DNA from: Vicugna vicugna
Taxonomy: Eukaryota
Direction of reading: 5' to 3'
Length of the DNA stretch: 64,000 bases
Assembly: GCA_013265495.1 (NCBI GenBank)
Contig: MU057801.1
Location: forward strand, 2,944,765-3,008,764
The notes under the pieces were generated by a model. That model had not been told where the DNA came from, ran no database searches, and was given only the letters and a program-made list of their open reading frames with translations. Below are positions 27,213-39,995 of the stretch, piece by piece (position 1 is the stretch's first letter; each line of letters opens with the position of its first letter). The position numbers and the translations under genes were made by a program.

Positions 27213-28789
27213 TATTTTGCTTTTGTTATGTAATAAAAGACTAATCCAAAAATCCAGCTTTTTATCCAAAGAAAAAAACGCTCCAATAATCCAGCAACAT
27301 CCTGTTCCAGAGCCCAGACGGTCACTTCCCAGCCCAGTCACGACAGGACCCCTCTGGGCCAGACGCCGCAGGCAGGGACCTCTGCACAGCCAGGGAGGCT
27401 CAGGCTCCGCGTGGGTCTTCACGAAGCCTGGAGCAGAGGCAGGCGGGGGCTTTAGTCTGGGATTCATGCGGATCCCTTAAACCCTAATAAACCTCTTCCA
27501 CTTCCTTCTTCCTTCTTCCTCACCTGCCCACATCCGCTCAGAGCGGCCAGGACCTGGCAGGCGGAGAGATGTCGCCGACTCTGTGGGGGATCTGGGTGGC
27601 CGGAGAGACTGGGGAGGGCGGCCCGGGCAGGGGCCAGGACAGGACTCCGGTTCCGAGGGCAGCAACCAGAATGGGCCGGTCGGAGAAGAAAGGGACGGGC
27701 CCCAGGAAGTGAGGCCAGGCCAAGAAAACCGAGGACTGTGTCCCACAACTGGCGCACCCCTACGGCCAAGTGACCACCTCACTTCCCTCCTCCACAGCCC
27801 CTGACCCTGGGGCCATCACGGAGGAGGCGGACACGGAGAACAGTGAGACCAGTGACCGGCAGAAACTGGGGACAAGGGAGGAGTTTGGGGAGAAGATGCC
27901 GAGTCTCACGGGGCAGCAGCCACTTAAGGCAGAAGGCCTACGGCCCCAGGACCCTCGGAGGTTACCATGGGCCTGGCCCTGCAAGCTCTCATGGGACGGC
28001 TGGAGAAGTGTGAGTGCTCAGGTTGCCAGCGGGGTGGGGAGCGGAGCGGGAGACTGAGCGACCCTGCGCACGGGGGAGGGAGGCGCCAGCACACGGGCTC
28101 CCCGCCTGGTCCTGGTTTCTGCGTGCAGAGGGGCTGCGGGCTGGTTAACGTGGGGGAAGAACCCTCCTTCCACCAGGAGGTGCAGGAAGAGGAAAGTCCT
28201 GTCGGGGGGGTGGGCAGAGTGGCACGCTTGGGAAACCAGGTGCAGAGAAGTGGGCAGGCCCCCTAGGCTCAGCTGCTGGCGCACACCTGGAGCTCGTGAA
28301 CCAGCCCCGTGTCCGCCCCACCCAGCTTGATCCTGCTCTCCCCTCCCCTCCAGGGATCCCCGGGCCCATGTCCGGACTCCCACCCGCCCCCAAGGGGGCC
28401 CTTTCTGCATCGTTTCAGCTGGTCAGCACTTTCCTCAGACGAACAGAAAACACATGGCTGTTTCAGAATATTCCCCCAAAAGCATCACCTCCCCAGCTCC
28501 AACAGGGAGAAAGGCTTCTCCAGAAGTGAGTGTCAGCGTGGCCGGTCAGACCAGCAGCCACAGAGCACAGAGCCACAGCCTCGTGGGAAGTGCGGAGTCA
28601 TGGCTGGTCCCTCAGTGCCACCCAGACAGCCCGGCTGGCGGGTGCCCTGCCTCTAACCATGAGAGCCCTGCCCCAAGCGGGCCTGAGACCACATGATTGA
28701 GGAAAGTGCTGGAATCGGAAAGACGACAAAAACAACACAGAACAAAACCAGAATCAGTGTGAAAAAGCACCAGTCCTAAAATAGCTTCT

Positions 28790-29360
28790 TCTGCAGCAGT
28801 ATTTACAACAGCCAAGAGACAGAAACAACCTAAACGGCCACTGACAGATGACTGGAGAAGGAAGATGTGGTGTGTGTGTGCGTGCACACACGCACACACA
28901 ATGGAATACTACTCAGCCATAAAAAAGAATACAGTAATGCCATTTGCGTTAGTTAACATGGATGGACCTGGAGATTGTCATTCCAAGTGAAGTAACCCAG
29001 AAGGAGAAGGAAAAACACCATATGATAGCACTCATGTGTGGAATCTAAAAAAAGAGACACAATGAACTTATTTACAAAATAGAAACAGACTCACAGACAC
29101 AGAAAAAAAGCTTATGCTTATCAGGAGGGAAAGGATAAACTGGGAGTTCGAGATTGGCAAATAGTAACTACTATGTATAAAACAGATAAACATCGAGTTT
29201 CTACCATACAGCACAGGGATCTATATTCAGTATCTTGCAGTAATCTATGACGAAAAAGGATGTGAAAAGGAATATATGTATGTATACGTATGAACTGCTA
29301 TACTGTACACCAGAAATTGACACAAGGCTGTAAACTGACAATGCTTAAATTTTTAAAAAA
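28790..29360 (+). mobile_element. L1 3' end (ORF2 tail + 3' UTR)
   Basis: gcagcagtatttacaacagccaaga...atggaatactactcagccataaaaaag...gcacagggatctatattcagtatcttg. Confidence 0.9.
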
Positions 29361-29999
29361 ATCTCTGGAATAAAACAGCTTCTCCTGTCTTTGGAGGAAC
29401 TGAGGACACGTCCCACAGACGCACACACGTCCCGCACGGAGTGGGGGGCCCTGGAACAGGTGCGACCTTTCTCAGCAGGTTCACACCCACATCCACAGCC
29501 ACGCGATCACACTCCAAGTCTCCCAAGTGGCCTGCTTCCCACCTCGAGGAGGAGAAGTGTGAGGTAGGCAACCAGTGATCCCTGACCCCCAGACCCCCGG
29601 CGCGGCTGGCGGGCTGACTCCTCCCCCAACATCAGGGCCCTCACTGGCTCCAGCAGGAGGTGGTGGGAAGGCGGACTTCAGCCCTGGGGGTAGGGGCAGG
29701 TGCGTGTCTGAGTAACAGGTATGATAACCCATGGGACTTCTAGGAGGGCTCACTGGCATTGACACGAAACGCACAGGAAGCTGCAAGCGTGGCACACAAA
29801 GCTCCCATGCGATATCCCCGGTACCCGAGACGTCACAGGCTCCAGACCAAGGATCCGCCCAGGATCCTGGAGCAACCGGCACCTCCCGCAGGGCAGAGGG
29901 GAAGCGCTCCCTCCTCACACGCCTGCCTGGAGGGGAGGGAAGGACCTGCGACCCTTCACTCTGCCTCCTGACACTCGAGGAGCCGAGACCACCCCCACT

Positions 30000-30191
30000 C
30001 CCACCCCATCTGGTCAGCACCCTGTGCTGGGGGGCAGCACACAGCTGGGACCGCCCCCATGCCCACCCCATCTGGTCAGCACCCTGTGCTGGGGGGCAGC
30101 ACACAGCCGGGACCGCCCCCATGCCCACCCCATCTGGTCAGCACCCTGTGCTGGGGGGCAGCACACAGCCGGGACCGCCCCCATGCCCACC
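30000..30191. repeat. 62-bp minisatellite, 3 near-identical copies
   Basis: Unit cccaccccatctggtcagcaccctgtgctggggggcagcacacagc(t/c)gggaccgcccccatg. Confidence 0.95.
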
Positions 30192-30221
30192 TTGCTACAG
30201 CACACAGTGTCAGCTGACGTT

Positions 30222-30870
30222 TGTGACACTGTGACGTAACAAACATGATTTGGTCTCCTCCCCTGGCACAGCTCCTAAAACCCTTGGAATCCCCAAAGTA
30301 GTAGAGCAACCACACCTGAGTTTATGTTAACAGGCGCCTTTTGGGGCCACACCCCCGGGTGGGCTGGCTGCCAGGGGAGCCACCCTTGTGATCAGAGGGG
30401 GGACACTTTCAGCCCCGCCCTGACCTGCAGAGAGGGGAGAGGCTGGGATTCAGTCACTGATCGCCAATCATTTGGTCAGTCAGTGCTTTTGATGACGCCT
30501 CCGAAAGACCCCAAAAAAGGACTGTCCAAGGGCTTCCGGGCTGGTGAAATCGTGGAGACAGGAGCGGGGCCTGTGGAGCAAGGGAGCCCAGAGCCCCTTC
30601 CCTGCATCCAGTGTCCCTGCGTCATGTCCTTGTGCGATAAACCAGGGTTCCGGGAGGCAAACAGGTCTCCCTGAGTCCTGTGAGCTGCTCCAGCAAAGGA
30701 ACTGAGCCTGAGGAGGCGCCGGTCAGAAGCACAGGCGACACCTGCACTCGTGACTGACGTCTGAGAGGGAGCAGTCCCGGGGACTAAGTCCTTGCCCTGT
30801 GGGGTCTGACGCCGTCCCCAGCAGACGGTGTCAGAGTTGAGCGGAATTGCAGGACACCAGCCGGCACACA
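30222..30870 (+). mobile_element. ERV solo LTR (MER21-like)
   Basis: tgtgacactgtga...atttggtct...cctggcacagctcctaaaacccttggaat...ccctgagtcctgtgagctgctccagcaaa...ggtgtcagagttgag. Confidence 0.75.
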
Positions 30871-31103
30871 GAACGGCGCAGGGAGGGAAGAACTAGCAGG
30901 TCTCTCGTGCCCAGAGGCGCCAGTGTGTTCAGAGGGCTGCACGCAGGGCCGCGGAAAACAGGAGTCTTCCCCTCACTATTTTACAAATAAAGAAGCAAAA
31001 GACAGAAAAACCTGAACGCTGGTCCCAGCCCACACTGCTTGGCAGTGACAGGTCTGCTGTCCTTCAGTGAGGATATTAAATCCCAGAAATCACAGATGAA
31101 TCA

Positions 31104-31259
<156 letters not shown>

Positions 31260-31477
31260 TCAACACCGCTTTCTGCAGGTCACAGACGTGACACTCTGGC
31301 CTTCTGCTTTTTCCCCGGGGGAAGATCTTACGTTGCCTTCGGCACTGAAACAGTCATCTTGTCAAATACTCACTTAGCATTTAAAAAAACTGAAGGTATA
31401 ATAAGGAAAGTAAAAGTGAACCATAAATCCATCACCAAAAATGCTAATAAAACTCCATAAAAGTGACTTTAATTTGA

Positions 31478-32052
31478 AAAGACACACACCTCAATGTTCA
31501 CAGCAGCACTATTTACAACAACCAAGACATGGAGACAGCCTGAATGTCCACCGACATGACTGGACAAAAACGATGTGGTGTATTTATACAATGGAATACT
31601 ACTCAGCCATAAAAAGAGTACAATAATGCCACTGCAGCAACATGGATGGACCTGGAGATCATCACTTTAAGAGAAGTAAGCCAGAAAGAGAAAGAGAAAA
31701 GCCGTATGATATCACTTCCACGTGGAATCTGAAAAAAAGACAAACTTTTTTACAAAACAAGAACAGACCCATAAGCAGACACAGAAAACAAACTCACGTC
31801 ACCGGGGGGAGGGCGCAGGAGGGGTTAAACTGGGAGTCTGAGATGTGCAGATGCTAACAACTATGCATAAGATAGACAGACAACAGGTTTCTTCTGTGCA
31901 GCACAGGGAACTATATTCAGCATCGTGTAGTAACCTATAATGAAAAAGAGCATGAAAACGAATGTATGTACGTGTATGCGTGGCCGAACTGCTCTGCTGG
32001 TCACCGGAAACTGACACAACATTGCAGACTGACTACACTTCAATTAAAAAAG
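31478..32052 (+). mobile_element. L1 3' end
   Basis: aaaagacacacacctcaatgttcacagcagcactatttacaa...gactgactacacttcaattaaaaaa. Confidence 0.9.
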
Positions 32053-34500
32053 CCAGGAAAACGTGGCACTTAGCTGTATTGTGTGATAAAGACTACTTTA
32101 ATTAAAAACAAACAAAAGCCTCCGTAAAAGTACCTAGAGCAACCCAGTTAGAGAACAGTGCAGAGAAGAGGCACCTGGTGACCACAAACACTAACACAAA
32201 GAAACAGCCAGGCCCTCGCCACCCGTCCACGGAGGAGGGCGCTGCCAGCACGGACGGGCCTCCCCCGTGCTTCCTTCCCGGGTGAAGCCCCTGCCCCAGT
32301 CTGACTTCTGCAGTGACAACATCCCTGCTTTATGCCCCATTTGCATGCACCCCTCAACAGGATGGTTCAGCCTCACCTCTTAAGTCTGACCTGCACGGAA
32401 CATGTGTGTACACATCTCAGACTCAGCACGACTCCTGCAACACTCACGTGCTTGCTGAGCGCGCCCTGCCCACGTCCTCTACTGCGTCTCCCCGCTGCCG
32501 CGATGTAAGTGCTCAGCAAACACTGTTGGCTGCACCTGCCTCTGTGTGCTCCCAAAGCTGAGCAGAATTCGCCTTCTCTCTTTTCCTTATGGCCTACAGG
32601 GTGCAGGTTGCAGCATCTCCTTCGAGCACACGGGGCACCTTTCCGGGGCGGCTGGCTTCTGCTGTCACATGAGGGGCCGCCGCCCACCTAGCCTGTCACG
32701 TGAGGGGCCAGCTGTCCACCCAGCTACGGTCCATTTTCAGGACACGCCTTTTGTCCCTGGCTGCTTTCTAAAACTATTAAATGCTTCACTTTGGTATGAG
32801 ATTCACAGGCAGTTGCAGGAAAAAATCCAGAGAGAGCCTGTGCGCCCATCTTCGGCTGCTTTTTAAGATGATCTGTTTTCCTTCCATTTCACAATAATAT
32901 GGCTGGGGTTGGTATCTTTTTATTTATGCAACTTGGAATTCCACGGGCTCTTGGAACCTTCAATCTGTTCTGGGAGCTTCTTAACTACTCCCCCCTCATA
33001 AAACCCCCATTCACTCCTCTCCTCCTGGGAGTCCAACTAAGGGACGTCCAGCCACCTCACTCCGCCTTCACTTCTCTGACTCTTCTCACTGGCGAGCCTG
33101 GTGCATGAATGCTCTTCAGCTGTGTCTAATCTGTTCAGCTCCTAAAGTTGTGTTCAGTTCTCTGTTCAGATTTGTTTTATCACTTTTTAGAGTTTCCTCT
33201 TTCTTATGGATGCTTTCAAGCTTTCTCAAAAATCTCTCCTAACGCAGCAACCATAGTTGGTTCACATTTTTGGCCCAATAATCCCAATGGCCTCGCATGT
33301 CAGTGCCACCGCTCCTGCTGCCTGTCGTTTCTGTGGCTCCGGCTCATCCTGACTCACCTGTGCCTTGCTGCCCTCAGCCGCTGTATTTGCCTGTCACTGA
33401 GGAGCAATCACAGGCCCTAGTGATAAGAATTCCTCAAGAGGGGGCTTCCGTCTGCTTCCGCCAGATGCCCGAGGGCGCGCCCCGAGAGGACGCCGGCCCA
33501 GGAGGCAGATGGCTCGCTTCGGCATCTTCGCCCCCAGACACGCCCTCAGGACCCTCCCTGCACAGGGAGGTGGCTCCTCGGTTTCTCTGCCTCCGGTGAC
33601 CTGGGCTTACACACGTGCGCCCCTGGCCCTCTGGGCCCCCCCGAGACCACGTATCAATTTCACAGTTCCTACATGAGACGAGAAAATATTCTCAAGGCAG
33701 CGGGATTGTGTGTGCTGAGGCCCTCGGTATGCGGCTTAGCATGGCTTTTTAGACTAAGTTCCTGCTGACTCGTTTGCGCTTTGCCATTTTCACAAGCTTC
33801 GTTTTGCTATTTTGTTCAGCCCTTTTTCGTAGCCCTCCCTGGAAGGCGAGCCTGAGTCTGCTGACCTGCTACTAAGACAACGCCTGAAGCCGCTTCCCTC
33901 CTTCCTAGGGCTGAGCAGACAGCCCCACAAGAAGGCACTGACGGCATCTCACACTGAGGAGGCTGTTCCCCGTCTCCCGCCTGCTGCATCGACGCTGGAT
34001 TGCGTGACCTCGCCCAGGCTTCATTTCACAGAGACGGACCCCGTGCTCTCCTCCCTGCCTTCCTGGTGCTGCCCCGCGCGGCGTGGGCGCTCAGAAGTAC
34101 CTGCTGACGACTGGGAGCAGAACGACACGGCCCTCTGCCTGACCTCCTCCCAGGTTTCTTCTGTCTCCGGTGACGCCTCCCCAGCAAACAGGGCGGGCTC
34201 TGCCGGCCCAGGTGCTGCCGCTTTTCCTGGCCCCTCTGGCCGTGCCTGCAGGCGTTCTGGCATCCTCTCCCCTCAGAGCTCACTCTGAGGGCGCAGCCAG
34301 CCCACAGCATCAGGTGTCCAACTGAACACGGCAGCCCGTCGTCCCACATGGTCTGGGACCCAACACAAACGAAGGGGCGGGAGCCTGTGCTCAAGGGTCG
34401 CTTTCAACTTTAAAGTTAGTTTCAGTCACGCTATGTTAACAAGTATTTTATCGAGAGGAAAACTCCCTTTCTAGCCAAATTTAAAATACTCGAGGTAAGA

Positions 34501-35249
34501 AAAGGGAACCTTCCTACACTGTTGGTGGGAATGCAGCTTAGTGCAACCACTATGGAGGACAGTATGGAGGTTCCTGAAAAAGCAAAAATAGACTTACCGT
34601 GTGACCCAGCAATCCCACTCCTGGGCCTGTATCCAGAAGATCGTTAATTCAAAAAGATACATGCACCCCACTGTTCACAGCAGCACCATTTACAACAGCC
34701 AAGACATGGAAGCACCTAAATGTCCGTCAACAAATGACTGAATAGAGAAGTTAACGATACATATACACACACACACACGATGGAACACTATTCAGCCATA
34801 AAAGCCATAAAACAACGCCACTTGCAGCCACATGGATGGACCTGGGGATCATCATTCTAAGTAAAGTCAGCCAGACAAAGAAAAATACCATGTGATAGCA
34901 CTCATATGTGGGATCGGAAAAAGAAGACACAAATGAACTCACCTGAAAAACAGCAACAGACTAACAGACATGGAAAACAAACATGATTACCGGGGGGGGG
35001 AGGGTGTGGGAAGGAATAAACTGGGATTTCGAGATAAAATTTGCAGATACTAACTACTGTATATAAAATAGATAAACAACAAATTTCCACTGTACAGCAC
35101 AGGGAACTACATTCAGTATCTTGTAGTGACCAATGATGCAAAAGAACATGAAAACGAACACACGTGTGTGCACGTACGACTGAACTACCCTGCTGTACCC
35201 CGGACACTGACACAACATTGTGAACTGACTAGACTTCAATTAAGAAAAC
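34501..35249 (+). mobile_element. 5'-truncated L1 with 15-bp TSD
   Basis: L1 ORF2 tail/3' UTR. TSD atactcgaggtaaga at 34486-34500 and 35250-35264. Confidence 0.92.
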
Positions 35250-36052
35250 ATACTCGAGGTAAGATCCTCAGCCCCAGCAAAGAAGCGAGAGCGCGCGACA
35301 GAAAACGCGCACGGAACTTCCCCACAGGTCACAGCCTGAGGCCACATCGACCTTCCTGTGTGAAAACAGACCTTGATATCAAGTTTCGTTAACAGGAAAT
35401 AGGAATTAAAAACAAGGACACCTTCAGAGCAGTAAAAAAGTTACCCTGTTAATTCGAATACTGTAATGCTGTTTCTTCATGTTTATGACCAGATTGCTGT
35501 ATCAACGACGAACCTGTGGTCACGTATGTTGGGTACCACAAAGAAACTGACTGTGTGATATTTGAGCTGAAAATCCAACCCATTCTCTCAGATAAAGGGC
35601 TTATCTTGCTCACAGTTTCCCGAAGTCTCCACTGTTTGGCGTCTACCGGAATATGGTGACAACTGTCTGGACATTCCCGGCTCGACACTGGCTTCCCCTA
35701 AAACCTCTGCTGAAAGTCCCACCCGCGCGCAGGCTGCGCGAACTCCGCCTCTGTGGATGGAGCAGAGTCGGCCAGCTTGCAGCTCAGCAGTTCCAGGCCA
35801 CACACCCTTGTGCTCACACGAAGCACCTAGTGGAGCCTGACCGAGAACGACACGGTTGCTCCATCAGCAGCGCCTGCTGGAGCCCCAGAGTGATTCTCGG
35901 TTTCGAATTTCCAGACTGCCAAGAATGACGAAGGAAAGCAGCTCGGGTAACGCTGCCTTTAACCAGAGTGTTGATTTGCTCATCCAGCCCTCAGCAATCC
36001 CAGGTGATACCAAGTGGGGCTAGAACACCGTCTGTGAAAGCACATCTGACCT

Positions 36053-36190
36053 GGGGGAGGGGGGAGCTCCATGCACGAGGTCCTGGGTTCAGCCCTCAGC
36101 ACCTCCATTAAAACAAACAAATTAAATAAAACCCGAATGACACCCCCCAAATGACTGGTTAAAAACGACGACGACAAAACAATCAGACAC
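36053..36190 (+). mobile_element. tRNA-derived SINE (internally deleted)
   Basis: catgcacgaggtcctgggttcagccctcagcacctccatt + tail. Flanking repeat cacatctga at 36041 and 36191. Confidence 0.8.
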
Positions 36191-37009
36191 CACATCTGAT
36201 TCTTACATCCACAGAGAAGCAGCAGGACTAGAGGAAAGACGGGGGGGGGCGGAGGGCTCACAAGGGACAGTGGCCACACGGGCCTGGGGCAGTGAGAGGT
36301 CGGACTCGCCTGGACGCTCTCCCGCAGTGCCCGCAGCGGGGGCTCTGGGTTATTTTTTCCCATTTATTTTTGCCCAAGAGCCAATTCAGGAATATTTGCA
36401 TGCTAGATTTTTTTCTCACTCAGAATGAAAATAGTTTTACCCAGTTCTGTGGGGAAAAAATGAAAACAGTTTTATGAGCTCTTCCTTCAGAGGTAAGACA
36501 AACCCCAAGATTACGGGCACTGTTTTTAAAACCAGCACGTTAACGTCTGGATGTGTTTCAGAAGCAGGGACAGCTAGGGCGTGCTGCCTACGTTTCCATC
36601 AAGAAAGCAAGTTGTGGTGCAGGCTCCAGACCACCCTTCCAGATGACCTCGAATTTCGTAGAGAAAAGCAACTCTCCGAGCGTGTATTTCCTCTCCGGGC
36701 TGGATAAACTCACGGGGCACCTCTGAACACAGGGAGCCTCTGCTCCTGCAACAGCACCGTGCAGCGTTCTGTCCAGCCGCCAGACACATTTCACGCTGCG
36801 CGGTTTTCTGAGACAATCTGCCTTCAAGGTACTGCCTGCCTCTGACCCACCCGGCGTGTGAGCTGCCCACAGGTGCCTGTGTTTTGTGAACCTCGCGCCA
36901 CTGCCCATACAACCTTCCAGCCCCAGGGAAATCTCTCAAACATCTTTCTGGAAAAACAGAATGAAAAAAGCCTCGGAAAGTTACTACGCGTCAAAAAAAC
37001 CGCCTAGGT

Positions 37010-37180
37010 GGGGAGGGTGTAGCTCAGTGGTAGAGGATGTGCTCAGCATGCACGAGGTCCTGGGTTCAGTCCCCAGTCCCTCCATTAAACTTAAAAAAAG
37101 ATTAGATAAATAAACCTCCCCCACCCACCCAAAAGTAAAAAAATTTAAATAAATAAACCTAATTACTTTTCCCCGCAAAG
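37010..37180 (+). mobile_element. Camelid-type tRNA-derived SINE
   Basis: gggagggtgtagctcagtggtagaggatgtgctcagcatgcacgaggtcctgggttcagtcccc + duplicated ataaataaacct tail. Confidence 0.9.
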
Positions 37181-37275
37181 CAATCTAACGTCAGGGTTCC
37201 ACAGAAGGAGCAACACTGTCCCATTTGCCTCTAACTTTCCTCGGACGAGCATCTCTAGCCAACTGGCCCTTCTCA

Positions 37276-37548
<273 letters not shown>

Positions 37549-38399
37549 CTACTGCCGCTCTCCCAGCCCCGACGAGCCGGGCAGCGTGGCCCAGGTCGGG
37601 GCAGGGGCTGGCTGGTGGGAAAGGGCACCAGGTCCTCTCGGTTTACGTGAGGCTGGAGGAAGTCAGGTCCACCTTGGAGGGAGAGGCCAGCGATGTGTCC
37701 CAGGGAGCCCGTCCTCCTTCAGTGGCTCAAAGAACCAGGATGACTTTGTTCTATAAAAGAGTATTACAGAATCATCAGAAAAAAGAGACAAGTATAAAGA
37801 GAACGAAGATCATGGTTCATGTTTTAGTGAGTCCACATCCTGCTTCTTCTCTGACCGGGTCCACCTGGGACCCCCTGGACACGTGGCACACCTGCCCAAA
37901 CACCTGCCCCGATTCCAGAACTGGGCAGGACTCAGGCGCGGGGCTGAAGGCTGGAGGGCACCGAGGGTCCTCCCAGGAGCAGGGACAAGCCAGCCCCTTC
38001 CTGAGAGAACCTGCTGGTCGGTCCCCATTGCCCCCACACAAGGGTCCCCATCACCTCGCTCACACCTGGCTTTGCCCAAAGCACAGCTGAGTCCCTGGCC
38101 ACTCAGAAACACACCTTTCCTCGCCTCTCCCTCAGCCCCAGAAACTGAGACACTGTCCCAGGAGAGTGGGTGCTTCGCCTCGGGCCATCCAGGTCAGGAA
38201 AGTGGGGTGACAGGCGTCACCTTCTACAGGCCAGGCAAAAAGACCTTTCAGTCACAATCTGCTGGCTCGTTACTTCCTAAGTGCAAGTAACTTAACCTCC
38301 ATCCAAGATAAGGTCCAGCTATGTTTTCTTTCTCTTTTTTTTTTCTCTTTCTAATATCTCTATTGTTTTGCTTTTTATCCACCATTAACTTTTTTCTTT

Positions 38400-38572
38400 T
38401 TAAATTTTTTTAAATTGAAGTATGGTCAGTTATAACGCATCAATTTCTGGTGTGCAGCATTGTGTTTCAGTCACGCACATGCACACATATATTCCTTTCC
38501 ATATTCTTTCTCTTTATAGGTTACTACAGGATGCTGAATACAGTTCCCTGTGCTGTGCAGAAGAAACTTCTT
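38400..38572 (-). mobile_element. L1 3' terminus
   Basis: ttttttaaattgaagtatggtcagttataac...gaatacagttccctgtgctgtgcagaagaaa. Confidence 0.85.
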
Positions 38573-39249
38573 GGCTTCACCATAACTCTTAATCCCTCTA
38601 TGATTTATTTTGATATATGGGTTTAGATAGAAACTTAATGTTTTCCTAAATGGTTAGCCGCTTGCACTAATACCACTTAATAATCACTCTTTCCCCACTG
38701 ATTTCAAATATGTATTCAAAATACCGGGAGAAAGGAGGCTCTGCCCCTAATCACGTACACCCCACGGGACTCGCCTCCTCCCGCCCCACAGTGTGGGTCT
38801 TTCTGTAGTCAAGACACGTGTGACAAACCGTGGTGCTGAGCCAGCTGGAAACACTGGCCAGGAAAAACTGCCAGGGCACCTTCACCTGGAAAACACGGCC
38901 TGGGCTCAGGTCCGAACACCAGCAACCCCACCGTGGAGGGGTTGTGCTGATGCACGTGGCTGCCCTGGGACCCCAGAGTCCCAGGAAGGGGCTAGAGTGA
39001 CAAGCCGCTAGACACGCTGAACACCTCAGAACCACAGAAGGTCTCTGGAGTTGTGCAGAAGCCTGGGTGGGGCTCAGAATTCGGATGCTCCCCCCTCCCC
39101 CCACCTTGCTGGAATCTGGAGGCAGCGATGGGGGAGGTGGTGCACGTGGGAGGGGAGGGGGGACAGCCTGCACGCACACACACACAAACCAACATCCACA
39201 GAGAGATGAAGGAAAACCATCACAATCATGAAACGAGATAGACTACGGG

Positions 39250-39995
39250 ACACAAACGATAAATGCCGGAGAGGCTGTGGAGAAACAGGAGCCCCCTGCA
39301 CTGCTGGTGGGAATGAAAACTGGTGCAGCCACTGTGGAGGACAGTATAGAGAATCCTCAAAAACTAAAAACAGACTTGGCATATGATTCAGCCATCCCAC
39401 TCCTGGGCATTTATCCAGAGGAAAATATAATTCAAAACGGTATATGTACCCCAGTGTTCACAGCAGCACTATTCACAACAGCCAAGACATGGAAGCCACC
39501 CAAATGTCCATTTATAGATGGCTGGCTAGAGAAGTTGTGGTCTATTTAGACAATGGAATACTACTCAGCCATAAAAAAGAATAAAATAATGCCATTTGCA
39601 CAACATGGATGGACCTGGAGATTGTCATTCTAAGTAAACTGGGCTGGAAAGAGAAAGAAAAATATTGTATGGTATCTCTTGTATGTGGAGTCTAAAGAAA
39701 ACCAAATGAACTTTTCTACAAAAGAGAAACAGACTCACAGACACAGAGAACAAACTCATGGTTTCCAGGGGGTAAGGGGCTGGGAAGGGATAAATCTGGG
39801 ATTTGCAAATGGTAACCACTATGTATAAAAATAGATGAAAAACAAATTTCTTCTGCACAGCACAGGGAACGATATTCAGTATCTTATAATAACCTTTAAT
39901 GAAAACGAATATATGTCTGTATATGCGTGACTGGACGTGATGCTGTGCACCAGAAATGGACACATTATAACTGACTGCACTTCAATTAAAAAAAG
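39250..39995 (+). mobile_element. L1 3' end
   Basis: aaatgccggagaggctgtggagaaacagga...actgactgcacttcaattaaaaaaa. Confidence 0.9.

Noticed and set aside
29481..30315. Repetitive ORFs up to 215 aa
   Set aside because: Produced by the 62-bp VNTR, which shifts frame between units. No exon signals.
37010..37085. tRNA gene-like sequences (also 13533, 26303, 49794, 60218, 61361)
   Set aside because: Diverged stems, A-rich tails and TSDs identify them as tRNA-derived SINEs.
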